Positions 16,049-25,109 of a stretch of 59,445 nucleotides of DNA are shown piece after piece. Numbering within the stretch: position 1 is the first letter of the stretch; each line of letters starts with the position of its first letter. The position numbers and the translations under genes are program-made. Origin of the DNA: a virus. The stretch is from positions 1 through 59,445 of the IMG/VR virus record IMGVR_UViG_3300023435_000002; one strand, given 5' to 3'. The notes under the pieces are model-generated. The model was not told where the DNA came from and made no database searches. It was given only the letters and a program-made list of their open reading frames with translations.

Positions 16049-16269
16049 GATTTGATGAAGCAGAAAAGATGTTCGCAGAAGAACAAAGAGTAGAAGAACA
16101 AGAAGAACAAACACCATTCCAAAGAATGGATGGTTTGATAAAGATATCAGATGGAGAGAAAATTAAATCTGGAATTAAGTCTATTATTGAAGACTTGAAA
16201 GAAGAAGGATTTAGTATAGAAGAAATTTACGAGTTCATTTCTGAAATCGTAATGGGAGCAATAAAATGA
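16045..16269 (+). CDS. Acidic hypothetical protein
   Basis: Internal ATG of track ORF 16009, at the junction GGAGGAAAGCAAATGA. Confidence 0.5.
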   Translation: MRFDEAEKMFAEEQRVEEQEEQTPFQRMDGLIKISDGEKIKSGIKSIIEDLKEEGFSIEEIYEFISEIVMGAIK

Positions 16270-16448
16270 GTTTAGAAATAACTAAAGAAGAATTTATGGC
16301 TTATGAAACAGTAAGACAATCAGGCATAACAAATATGTTTATGGTTTCAACCGTATGCGATTTGTCTGAATTAGATAAAGATGTAGTTATGGAGATAATG
16401 AAGAACTACGAAGAACTGAAAAATAAATACATGGAGGATAAAAAATAA
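16266..16448 (+). CDS. Small conserved phage/plasmid-type protein (YETVRQSGITNMF motif)
   Basis: ORF track. The motif is familiar to me from a family of unknown function; this rests on recollection only. Confidence 0.55.
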   Translation: MSLEITKEEFMAYETVRQSGITNMFMVSTVCDLSELDKDVVMEIMKNYEELKNKYMEDKK

Positions 16449-16449
16449 A

Positions 16450-16629
16450 ATGGAAAATATAGAACAACAAGCAGTTACTATTGAACAGAAAGACTCAATT
16501 AAGTTGACAAAAAACAGCAAAGGTTACAATTGGGAAATAAGGATTGTGGCTAGAGAAGGAATTGATTTGCTTGAACAGATTGAATTTGTTGATAAGAAGC
16601 TACGAGAAAAGTACGGAGAGGGACAATGA
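16450..16629 (+). CDS. Small ORF, 59 aa (...TKNSKGYNWEIRIV...)
   Basis: The ATG lies 1 nt after the previous stop. ATGA junction downstream. Confidence 0.45.
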   Translation: MENIEQQAVTIEQKDSIKLTKNSKGYNWEIRIVAREGIDLLEQIEFVDKKLREKYGEGQ

Positions 16630-16748
16630 GTATTGTCTATTGTCCAAAGTGTTGCCGGAATGTAGATAGTGACTACGTAGAAATGTCCGAAGATGGAACT
16701 ACTTGTTTTGAGTGTTCCATTGAAACTAAAGCGGAGGTTGTAAAATGA
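16626..16748 (+). CDS. Small zinc-ribbon ORF, 40 aa
   Basis: CPKCC...CFEC. ATGA junctions on both sides. Confidence 0.4.
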   Translation: MSIVYCPKCCRNVDSDYVEMSEDGTTCFECSIETKAEVVK

Positions 16749-16888
16749 AACTATGGGTATGCCCAAACTGCTACAGACGGTCAATGAAAAGTGATAATAT
16801 TACAATGTCACTTTGTTCATGTGGTGAGTATATGGAACAAGGTGAATGTAAAAAACAAGCACAAGAATTAATTAATGAGATTGATTAA
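16745..16888 (+). CDS. Small zinc-ribbon ORF, 47 aa
   Basis: CPNC...CSCG. ATGA junction upstream. Confidence 0.4.
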   Translation: MKLWVCPNCYRRSMKSDNITMSLCSCGEYMEQGECKKQAQELINEID

Positions 16889-16896
16889 TTAAACAA

Positions 16897-16982
16897 GCCC
16901 CAGTAGTTTAATGGTAGAACTCGGAAGGAGGTCGCTTCGGTGGACATGGAAGGAGACACAGGTTCGAATCCTGTCTGGGGCA
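16897..16982 (+). tRNA. tRNA-like gene (86 nt) with an aberrant central region; anticodon not assignable
   Basis: Canonical acceptor stem (GCCCCAG/CTGGGGC), D arm (GTTT-AATGGTA-GAAC) and T arm (ACAGG-TTCGAAT-CCTGT). The 37 nt between them contain a duplicated GGAAGGAG and no canonical anticodon arm. Confidence 0.45.
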
Positions 16983-17147
16983 TTGGGAACTAATACAGAA
17001 GCTAGGTAAAGTCACGTGAAAATCGTGTGAAGCCCAAATTGGGAGAGTGTAGTTAAGTCTTAGGACACTAGCTCTCCCTTTTCATACTCATGGGCAATGG
17101 GGAAATGTTCAGTTACCATAAAACAAGCAGACGAACCTAAGCCCATG
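16983..17147 (+). ncRNA. Structured RNA candidate E2 (three helices) directly 3' of the tRNA-like gene
   Basis: TTGGG/CCCAA (16983-17037, enclosing CACG/CGTG), GGGAGAG/CTCTCCC (17041-17078) and CATGGGC/GCCCATG (17089-17147). It is GC-richer than its surroundings and has no ORF. Confidence 0.4.
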
Positions 17148-17190
17148 TCATAATTATATTTTGTAACATATATATTATAACATAAAAGGT

Positions 17191-17198
17191 TTTATATA
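17191..17198 (+). promoter_or_regulatory. TATA-box candidate (AAAAGG-TTTATATA)
   Basis: A purine-rich BRE-like AAAAGG lies immediately upstream. It precedes the glycosylation island. Confidence 0.45.
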
Positions 17199-17255
17199 TA
17201 GATTACACTTTAATATAATATAAAATAAAATTGGAGATATTAAAAAATAGAATTT

Positions 17256-17795
17256 GTGGTATATTTTAATAAAGATAACAAGTGGGAAAAAAGAGTGATA
17301 GTGTCACCAAGTGGTGCAGATGAAAATTTCTTTAGAACATTAAAAATCAGAACTCAACAAGAAATAAATGATATAAGAGCTAGACTCAAGAAACTTATAA
17401 AAATAGAAAGTTATAAACCTACAGCATTAAATATTGATGACCAACCACTTGTAGATTCCCTTGTACGAATAAGAAAACTTAATCAATTTACATTAGATAA
17501 ATTAAAATGTATTCTTTTAAAAGATGAATATATTATTTGTCCACATTGTAATGGACTAATGTATAAAAAACCATTGGATGTATCATTTAAAAAAATAGGA
17601 AATAATATTATTCTAACAGAAAAACATAAATATACTAATATTGAATATATTTATAGTTGTCCAAATTGTGTATTTTTTATAAGAGAATGTGATTATTTAA
17701 ATGAAATAAGATATAAAGAATTAAGAGAATCTTTAATAACAAGTGGAGAAGTATTTGTACCAAATAAATTCGGAACGTATTATTATATCAAATGA
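17256..17795 (+). CDS. Zinc-ribbon protein, hypothetical
   Basis: ORF track (GTG start). CPHCNG...CPNC. Confidence 0.55.
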   Translation: MVYFNKDNKWEKRVIVSPSGADENFFRTLKIRTQQEINDIRARLKKLIKIESYKPTALNIDDQPLVDSLVRIRKLNQFTLDKLKCILLKDEYIICPHCNGLMYKKPLDVSFKKIGNNIILTEKHKYTNIEYIYSCPNCVFFIRECDYLNEIRYKELRESLITSGEVFVPNKFGTYYYIK

Positions 17796-18037
17796 GAAAA
17801 AAAGGGTCAGTAAATTATCAATATAAAATAAGACAAGTTGCTCAAAATCAACAAGGTACTCTTATACATGCTATTACAATCCCAAATTTTATTGCAGAAA
17901 AATTTAAAAATACAAAATTTATTTTAAAATTAGAAAATAATTGTATGATATTTAGTTCTGGATGTGATATAAAAGTTATGTCTAAAGATGATTCCTTTTT
18001 TGATAAATATACAAAAGAAAAGGAGATTGTACAATGA
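17792..18037 (+). CDS. Hypothetical protein, possibly AbrB-like
   Basis: GTLIHAITIPNFIAEKF weakly resembles a SpoVT/AbrB hairpin. ATGA overlaps. Confidence 0.5.
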   Translation: MRKKGSVNYQYKIRQVAQNQQGTLIHAITIPNFIAEKFKNTKFILKLENNCMIFSSGCDIKVMSKDDSFFDKYTKEKEIVQ

Positions 18038-19281
18038 CAAAAAATATAACTTGGCTTTCCGATAGTGCATTCTTACCAACTGGGTATGCCACTATGACTC
18101 TACATATTTTAAATGGATTATCAGAATTAAAAAATGAAGATGGAACTCCAAAATATAATTGTCATCAATTAGCTCATAATTATGTAGGACAAACTCAAAT
18201 TCCAGGAACTACTTTTGAAGATGGAACTAAAACTAACTTTACAATTCATGGAAATGGATTAAGACCATATTGTCAAGATATTATTACCCATAAATTACAA
18301 GAATTAGATACAGATGTATTTGTTACGTTATTAGATACTTTCATGGTGGCACCATTCTATCCACAACATGATTTTGGTAAAGCAAAAACAGTGTTCTATT
18401 ATCCAAGTGATGGTGGTTCAGGGTTACCTTTTGGATGTGAAACTACATTACAAAAAATGGATAAATCTATTTCAATGAGTAGATATGGAAAAGAACAAGT
18501 GGAAAGTATGCATAAAATTTCAAGTGGATTTATTCCACATGGTATTAATATAGATATGTTTCATCCATTAGAACCAGAACAAAAAATTGAAATTAAAAGA
18601 ATAATGGGAATTAAAGATAAGTTTGTTATTGGAACAGTCGCAAGAAATCAAGGTAGAAAAATGTTAGATAGAACAATTAAAGCCTTTGCATTATTTGCAG
18701 AGGGTAGAGATGATGTAGTTTTAGTTATGCATTGTGACCCTCAAGACCCAGCGGCAGTATCTTCTTTACCACAATTGATTGAAAGATATGGAGTACAGAA
18801 TAAAGTAATTTTTACTGGTATGAGATATTTTAAAGGATTTACATATGACCAAATGAATGACGTGTTTAATTGTATGAATATGTTTATACTCACCACTTCT
18901 GGAGAAGGTTTTGGAATGCCTATATTAGAAGCCATGGCATGTGGAGTTCCAGCTTTAGTAACTAACTATACAACCACTCAAGAGTTAGTTTTGGATAATG
19001 ATGCCGGATTGGGAATAAATTTAGTAGGAACAGAAGAAGACGAAAATCCAAAGGTCCATGAAAATGAAATAGTTAATGGAACAATAACTGGTGGATTTGC
19101 TGTTGAAAGAGGAATTTGTTGTTTAAAGGATGCAGCACTAAAAATGAAATTCTTTTATGATAATAGAGAAGAAGGAATACGAATGGGAAAAAATGGTAGA
19201 AAAGCAGTATTAAAACAATATGATTGGAAATTAATTATAAATCAGTGGGATGAAGTTATGGAGGAACTAACTAGATTATGA
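18034..19281 (+). CDS. Glycosyltransferase, GT-B (family 4-like)
   Basis: FVIGTVARNQGRK... and TTSGEGFGMPILEAMACGVPALVTNYTTTQELV (EX7E region). Confidence 0.8.
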   Translation: MTKNITWLSDSAFLPTGYATMTLHILNGLSELKNEDGTPKYNCHQLAHNYVGQTQIPGTTFEDGTKTNFTIHGNGLRPYCQDIITHKLQELDTDVFVTLLDTFMVAPFYPQHDFGKAKTVFYYPSDGGSGLPFGCETTLQKMDKSISMSRYGKEQVESMHKISSGFIPHGINIDMFHPLEPEQKIEIKRIMGIKDKFVIGTVARNQGRKMLDRTIKAFALFAEGRDDVVLVMHCDPQDPAAVSSLPQLIERYGVQNKVIFTGMRYFKGFTYDQMNDVFNCMNMFILTTSGEGFGMPILEAMACGVPALVTNYTTTQELVLDNDAGLGINLVGTEEDENPKVHENEIVNGTITGGFAVERGICCLKDAALKMKFFYDNREEGIRMGKNGRKAVLKQYDWKLIINQWDEVMEELTRL

Positions 19282-20465
19282 GTCAGGTAGATTTAGTTAA
19301 CTTAAATGAAAGAGGAATACTTGACCATGCGGGTGATAGAGTTCCAACAGGATTATTAAGTATAGCTAGTTCAATGAGAGCTAAAGGACATCCCACAGAT
19401 ATATATGATTTAAATAAATTTTCTGAGGAGGCTTTTGTTGAACATGTTAATTATAGTGAACCTGATGCAGTGGGAATATCAGTTTACACAAGTCCAATGT
19501 TAGAGAGAGCCAAAGAGTTAGCCGGAAGATTAAAAGGAAAAACTAGATTAGTAGCAGGTGGATATCATGCAACAGCAATGCCGGAAAGCCTATTACCATA
19601 TTTTGATGCAGTAGTAGTTGGAGAAGGAGAGAATGCACTTGAAAGAGCATTAAGAGAAGATGGAGTAATTCCAAGAGATACTCCAGACTTAAATGAAACT
19701 CCTAATATAAACTTAAATGAATTAGGGGAATATACAATTGATGGAAGACAAGGAACAATGATAACAAGTAGAGGATGTCCTTATTCGTGTTCATTCTGTG
19801 GTAATTTTTCAAGTAAAGTAAGAGATGAACCACTTTGGAAAATGCAAGAACAAATAAGACAATTAGAAAAAAATGGAGTAGAGTCAGTTTATTTTTTAGA
19901 TGACATGTTTACCTTACGAGAAGATAGAATGGATGAAATAGGAATGATGGCACAGAATGCTGGGTTGGCATTTAGAGCTACAACTAGAGCAGACTCTCTA
20001 AATGATAGTAAGTTAGATAAATTAAAATCAAGAGGATGTGAAGTATTAAGTTTGGGAGTAGAGAGTGGGAATGAAGAAATACTAAAGAGAATTAATAAAA
20101 GGGAAACACCAGAACAAATATATGAAGCAGTAAGAAAGGCTGGAGAGAGAGGAATAGATACTAAAGGTTTCTTTATAATGGGACTTCCAGGAGAGACAGA
20201 AGATACAGCTAGGGATACAATGAACTTTTCAAGAAAACTTAAAAAAGCAGGAATGAAGCAAGCAGACTTTTACTATCTTTGTCCCTTCCCTGGAACTCCA
20301 ATATGGAATTACCCAGAGAAATTCGGAATAACTATAAAAGATAGAGATTTTACTAAATATTTACAAGCCGGTCAAAGTGCAAGATGTGTAATAGATACTG
20401 AAGAATTAAGTGCACAAAGAATCGAGGAACTAACAGAGGAGGCTAGAAGACAATGGAAAAATTAA
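19278..20465 (+). CDS. B12-binding-domain radical SAM enzyme
   Basis: N-terminal Rossmann-like LLSIASSMRAKGH...AVGISVYTS...LVAGGYHAT, then ITSRGCPYSCSFCGN (CX3CX2C). Confidence 0.8.
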   Translation: MSQVDLVNLNERGILDHAGDRVPTGLLSIASSMRAKGHPTDIYDLNKFSEEAFVEHVNYSEPDAVGISVYTSPMLERAKELAGRLKGKTRLVAGGYHATAMPESLLPYFDAVVVGEGENALERALREDGVIPRDTPDLNETPNINLNELGEYTIDGRQGTMITSRGCPYSCSFCGNFSSKVRDEPLWKMQEQIRQLEKNGVESVYFLDDMFTLREDRMDEIGMMAQNAGLAFRATTRADSLNDSKLDKLKSRGCEVLSLGVESGNEEILKRINKRETPEQIYEAVRKAGERGIDTKGFFIMGLPGETEDTARDTMNFSRKLKKAGMKQADFYYLCPFPGTPIWNYPEKFGITIKDRDFTKYLQAGQSARCVIDTEELSAQRIEELTEEARRQWKN

Positions 20466-21697
20466 TAGTAATGATTATGGGACAGAATTGTGAAAAATTT
20501 ATTAAGATGTGTTTAGATAGTACTGAAGATGCAGATGCAAGAATATATTGTGATGGTGGTAGTACGGATTCAACTCTTGATATAGTAGAGAATAGAATAG
20601 GAAAGAAGTCAATAATAAGCAATAAGTATGACCAAGAGGATAAAAAGATGAATGGAAAGCAAAGGAACTTTTATTTAAAATATTTGAAAGAAAACTATCC
20701 AGACCATTGGGCACTTTGTTTAGATGCTGACGAAGTAGTAGAAGACTTGAGTAAGATTAAAGAGTTTATTAACGACCCATTAGGAGAAGGTTTGTTTTCT
20801 GTAAAGATGAGACATTTGATTCAGGATTTAGCGCATGAGGATGCAACTGCTGAAACTCATTATGTTCTAAACAGATTGTTTAAAATAAATAAAGCCGATA
20901 AATATCCAGAAGTTGAACATCCAGTGTTACAAGGTGAAGTAGTGGGAGGAACAGCTTGTACGACAATCTGGCATCTTGCGTACATTCCAAACTTATGGGA
21001 CATCAAGAAACGTTATGATAGCCACATGAAAAAGTCACAAATGCACACACCAGAGTATTTAGCAAGTTGGTACAAAGCACATTTGTTTGGTCAATATCCA
21101 ACTAAACAATTCAACCCTGTGGAGTTACCAAAAGTAATATTAGATGAATTTGGGCTTGATAAGGATGAACTTTATTTTATGAATAGAGGATTGGAGACTA
21201 AACATTTTATAATGGCTAAGCAATGGCACAACTTTTTTGATGATGATGATAAAATGTTTGAAGTATTAGAATTTGGTTGTGGTAGAGCACCGTACGGATA
21301 TGCATTTGATATGATTGATGAAGAATGTTATATGGGAATAGAATTAAGTAAATATGCAGTAGACAATTCATTACTTCGTCACGATGTTTTGCAAGGTAAT
21401 GTAATTGATTGTTACCTTGAAACAGAAGTTAAATTAGTGATAGCATTTGATTTATTAGAACATCTAAAATATAAAGACTTAGATAAAGCTATTAACAATA
21501 TAATAAACCATTCAAGTAAATACATTCTAATAAGTGTTCCAGTACTAGGAGACCCAAACCTAGAAGCAGACCCAACACATATAATCAAAGAAACTAAAGA
21601 ATGGTGGATTAAACAATTCACAGACAAAGATTTAAAATTAATTAAAACACCAGAACATTTTCTGTTTAAGGAGCAGATTATGATATTTGAAAAATGA
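20453..21697 (+). CDS. Fusion of a GT-A (family 2-like) glycosyltransferase and a class I SAM methyltransferase
   Basis: N-terminal part: IMGQNCEKFIKMCLDS...YCDGGSTDSTLDIV...LDADE. C-terminal part: VLEFGCGRAPYG...AFDLLEHL. Confidence 0.65.
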   Translation: MEKLIVMIMGQNCEKFIKMCLDSTEDADARIYCDGGSTDSTLDIVENRIGKKSIISNKYDQEDKKMNGKQRNFYLKYLKENYPDHWALCLDADEVVEDLSKIKEFINDPLGEGLFSVKMRHLIQDLAHEDATAETHYVLNRLFKINKADKYPEVEHPVLQGEVVGGTACTTIWHLAYIPNLWDIKKRYDSHMKKSQMHTPEYLASWYKAHLFGQYPTKQFNPVELPKVILDEFGLDKDELYFMNRGLETKHFIMAKQWHNFFDDDDKMFEVLEFGCGRAPYGYAFDMIDEECYMGIELSKYAVDNSLLRHDVLQGNVIDCYLETEVKLVIAFDLLEHLKYKDLDKAINNIINHSSKYILISVPVLGDPNLEADPTHIIKETKEWWIKQFTDKDLKLIKTPEHFLFKEQIMIFEK

Positions 21698-21846
21698 AAC
21701 TACAAGAATACTTAAAAAAATCACTAGAAGAAATATCTAAACAATGTATAACCACTGCAGAAATAGAATTAATATTAGACGATAAATTAAACGTAACTGA
21801 AAAAGGCCATCAAAGAATTTCTTTAACATTATACACAATAAAATGA
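21694..21846 (+). CDS. Small ORF, 50 aa, hypothetical
   Basis: ATGA junctions on both sides fill the 146-nt gap in the track. Confidence 0.4.
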   Translation: MKLQEYLKKSLEEISKQCITTAEIELILDDKLNVTEKGHQRISLTLYTIK

Positions 21847-22358
21847 ACTACACACATAGAGATTTAGCAATGGAAGAAGTTGAAAAGTTTAGAGAAGAGA
21901 ACTTCCCACAAAGAGTTTTGGAAATAGGCGCAGGGCATAATTCTTTTGAATATATTTTTAATGCTAATAGATATACTTGTATTGATAATCAATCTCAATA
22001 CAAAGGGAAATCAATAAAGATGGATGTTCATAATATGACATTTGAAGATGATGAATTTGATTGTGTATTTATGTGTCACGTTGCAGAACATTTTATTAAT
22101 CTAGCACAAGCATTTTCAGAAATAAAAAGAGTACTAAAAGATGGTGGAAAAGTATTTAGTATTACACCTAATAATTGTGAACATCAGATTTTAAAAGGTG
22201 ACGGAGACCATATATTTGTATTAGGACCAATGCAATGGATTAGATTATTAGCTAATTTAGGATTTAAAAATATTAAAAGTTATAAACAAATGACATGGAA
22301 AGAAGGACAGATTCTAAAGGAACAAGATTATAATATAATAACGGTGGCTGAAAAATGA
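21843..22358 (+). CDS. Class I SAM-dependent methyltransferase
   Basis: VLEIGAGHNS, FDCVFMCHVAEHF, LKDGGKVF. Confidence 0.75.
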   Translation: MNYTHRDLAMEEVEKFREENFPQRVLEIGAGHNSFEYIFNANRYTCIDNQSQYKGKSIKMDVHNMTFEDDEFDCVFMCHVAEHFINLAQAFSEIKRVLKDGGKVFSITPNNCEHQILKGDGDHIFVLGPMQWIRLLANLGFKNIKSYKQMTWKEGQILKEQDYNIITVAEK

Positions 22359-23212
22359 AAAGAATAGATGGACTAATTGATGTAATGATTTGTACAAGAG
22401 ATAGGCCCACAGAACTTGCACTATTACTTCAAAGTTTAAGAACTCAAACATATCAGAAGTTTGATTTGTATATAGTGGATGATTGTAGTGGTACACCACT
22501 GAATAACTTCCATTTTTTAGGTTGTATGATTAATAGATTAAAATTAGAAGGTCATAAAGTAAAGGTAGTTAGAAATGATTTTACATTAGGAGTAAGTAAG
22601 AATAGACAAAAGGCAGTTGATTTAGTTATGAAAGAAGGTTATGGAGAATTATGTGCTAGGTTGGATGATGATGTTATTGTGGAACCTGATTATTTTGAGA
22701 AGTTGCTAATAGTTTTAGATAAAGGATATGATTTTGCTTCTGGAATCACCTCCCCTTTTATGAATGAAAATCCAAAAAGAAAAACAGAATTTGTTAAACC
22801 TATAATCAACGAAGTCGTATTAGGGGAGGCTGGTGATATCATTAAGAATGGTGATGATTGTGGATATGAATACCTAGATACAGCAATCATACCCACTCAC
22901 CACTTTAGAAGTTGTGGAATATATAAAAAGACTATTCATGATGCAGGAGTAGATTATTTTAATCATTTTGGTAAACATGGATATAGAGAAGAACAAATTC
23001 TTAGTTTTAGAATGATACTTGCCGGATTTAAGATTGGTGTTCACACTACAGCAAATGCTAGGCATCTATTAACACCAAGTGGTGGAGAGAGATTTGCTAC
23101 TCAAAATGAAATGGTTCAAGAGAATGAAAAAGAATTACATAGATGGACAAAAGAACAATTTGAAAAGAATGGAGATTTTATTAGTAAATATACTGAGGAG
23201 GTTTTGAAATGA
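22355..23212 (+). CDS. Glycosyltransferase, GT-A (family 2)
   Basis: DVMICTRDRPTELALLLQSLRTQTYQKFDLYIVDDCS and RLDDD. Confidence 0.8.
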   Translation: MKRIDGLIDVMICTRDRPTELALLLQSLRTQTYQKFDLYIVDDCSGTPLNNFHFLGCMINRLKLEGHKVKVVRNDFTLGVSKNRQKAVDLVMKEGYGELCARLDDDVIVEPDYFEKLLIVLDKGYDFASGITSPFMNENPKRKTEFVKPIINEVVLGEAGDIIKNGDDCGYEYLDTAIIPTHHFRSCGIYKKTIHDAGVDYFNHFGKHGYREEQILSFRMILAGFKIGVHTTANARHLLTPSGGERFATQNEMVQENEKELHRWTKEQFEKNGDFISKYTEEVLK

Positions 23213-23508
23213 AAATAATTAATATTCCAAGACAATCTGGAAAAACAACTACTATAATAAAAGAAATGTTAAACACTAAAAATGACGTAATGGTTGTATT
23301 TTCTCAAATGTCAAAAGAACTTATAGTAAAAGATAATCCTACTTTAAAAAATAGAGTATTGACAATAGATGAATGTAGAGAAATTAATAGACTTAGAGGA
23401 TTTAGAAAAATACACATTGATAATTTAAATGAATGTTTAGGTATATTTGGAGAAGTAGGAATAGTCACAATGACTAACTATCCAGTAAAAGGAGAATTTG
23501 AAATATGA
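23209..23508 (+). CDS. Small P-loop NTPase
   Basis: PRQSGKTTTI Walker A motif. 99 aa. Confidence 0.5.
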   Translation: MKIINIPRQSGKTTTIIKEMLNTKNDVMVVFSQMSKELIVKDNPTLKNRVLTIDECREINRLRGFRKIHIDNLNECLGIFGEVGIVTMTNYPVKGEFEI

Positions 23509-23741
23509 AATTGCAATTAGAACTTTGGAAAGTAAATGGGATAGATGGAGGGACTAGGATTCGTTATAATAGAAGTGCTGAGTGGGAGCATATGAGTGAA
23601 GAATTGATGATTGGAGGATTTGCCCAAGGATTAACTACATTACCAGAATTGTGTAAATATGAACCCGAAAATGCTCCGCCATATATTGATGTATTAGTCA
23701 ATTTTATAATAGAAGGTAAAGTGGCGGTGTTGATACAATGA
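23505..23741 (+). CDS. Hypothetical protein
   Basis: ORF track. ATGA overlaps. Confidence 0.55.
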   Translation: MKLQLELWKVNGIDGGTRIRYNRSAEWEHMSEELMIGGFAQGLTTLPELCKYEPENAPPYIDVLVNFIIEGKVAVLIQ

Positions 23742-24874
23742 AAGTAAATTTGTATGGTTCAATCTGGGGCTGCTCAGGATATGCAAATCATACTAAACAT
23801 TTAGTTAATGCATTATGTGATATTGGTGTAGACGTTTCTCTACAATCACAAGTTCCTCAAGGATGGGAAAGGGTTGTTAATGATAATGAATTAAAGATGA
23901 TTACTAAACCAATTCACATGGATGGAATAGATTTAATGATTGACCTACCTACAAATTGGAAAATGGTATCTAGTGAGAGACAACCATTTATTGGATTCTT
24001 AGTTTGGGAGGGAGATAAAATTCCTGAGTATTGGATTGATTATTTATTAGATGATGCAGTTACACAGATTTGGGTTCCTAGTCAGCATACAAAGAAGGCT
24101 ATTGAGAATACTATAGCTAATATGAAAAATGACGAATTTCCAATATTATCTACAAACGAAATTAATATACTAAATAAAATAAAAATAGTACCTCACGGAG
24201 TAGATAAAGAAATATTCAAACCGGAAGAACCTAAAAAAGAGAAAGAAGTATTCACATTCATAGCTACTAAAGGCTGGAGGCACAACTTAGATAGAGGAGG
24301 TTTACAATATCTAATAAAAGCATACTCAGAAGAATTTACATCTAAGGATAAAGTGGAGATGTTGATTAAACTAAATACTGCTTATGGTATTCCAGATATT
24401 CAACAATTACTAACAGAATTAGATATTAAAAACGTGGATAAACCCAAGTTGTCATTTATTACTCAAGAGATGACTCTTAAAGACCTTAATAATTTTTATA
24501 ATTATGGGGATGTATTTGTTTCTACAACAATGGCAGAAGCATTTAATCTCGGAGGAATAGAAGCAATGGCTTGTGGTAAACCTACTCTACAAACTAACTT
24601 CGGTGGACAAACGGATTATATGACAAGGGATAATAGTTTTAAAATAAATAAAGGTGAAATGATTCCAGTTACTTGGGAAACAATGTATGAGGAAGTTTGT
24701 TGGTTTAAACCGGATATAGATGATATTAAGAAACAACTAAGATATTGTTTTGAGAATAAAGATATAGTAAAAGCAAAAGGAAAGAATGCAAAACTAACTA
24801 CTGATAAATGGACATGGATAGAGAGTGCGAAGAAAGCAAAAGTATGTTTAGAGGAGATTAATAATGACAAATAA
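23738..24874 (+). CDS. Glycosyltransferase, GT-B (family 4-like)
   Basis: VFVSTTMAEAFNLGGIEAMACGKPTLQTNFGGQTDYM. Confidence 0.75.
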   Translation: MKVNLYGSIWGCSGYANHTKHLVNALCDIGVDVSLQSQVPQGWERVVNDNELKMITKPIHMDGIDLMIDLPTNWKMVSSERQPFIGFLVWEGDKIPEYWIDYLLDDAVTQIWVPSQHTKKAIENTIANMKNDEFPILSTNEINILNKIKIVPHGVDKEIFKPEEPKKEKEVFTFIATKGWRHNLDRGGLQYLIKAYSEEFTSKDKVEMLIKLNTAYGIPDIQQLLTELDIKNVDKPKLSFITQEMTLKDLNNFYNYGDVFVSTTMAEAFNLGGIEAMACGKPTLQTNFGGQTDYMTRDNSFKINKGEMIPVTWETMYEEVCWFKPDIDDIKKQLRYCFENKDIVKAKGKNAKLTTDKWTWIESAKKAKVCLEEINNDK

Positions 24875-25013
24875 ACTAACACCACTGAAAGCAATTAAGG
24901 AATATTGTAAGGAACAATGTTGTGCCGGAGATAAACCATCCTGGAAGGGATGTTTAGATACGGATTGTCCACTTTATAGGTTCAGAACAGGCGTAAAACA
25001 AAAAGCTGAGTAA
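24864..25013 (+). CDS. Small Cys-rich phage protein, 49 aa (CCxG...CxxxDCPLYxFR motif)
   Basis: MTNKLTPLKAIKEYCKEQCCAGDKPSWKGCLDTDCPLYRFRTG. The motif is familiar to me from small phage proteins. Confidence 0.5.
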   Translation: MTNKLTPLKAIKEYCKEQCCAGDKPSWKGCLDTDCPLYRFRTGVKQKAE

Positions 25014-25109
25014 ATATACCACTATTTCTTTTTATAGTCTAAAACAGGCACTATTTATATATAGAAAATAACAAATAACGTAGTTCTATGACTAATCATG
25101 CATACAAAG

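Noticed and set aside
16947-16994. A 15-codon ORF (MEGDTGSNPVWGIGN) preceded by AGGAGG inside the tRNA-like gene.
   Set aside because: It overlaps the conserved T arm and acceptor stem. It is most likely a coincidence of the purine-rich insert.
944-24894. Minus-strand or overlapping track ORFs in the plus-strand arm (944, 975, 1552, 4309, 5781, 6243, 7580, 8696, 10457, 15535, 15920, 16524, 18741, 20502, 21412, 22314, 22690, 22874, 24616).
   Set aside because: Each lies inside or antisense to a longer motif-bearing ORF. They have a low-complexity hydrophobic composition typical of AT-rich antisense frames, and they break the operon orientation.
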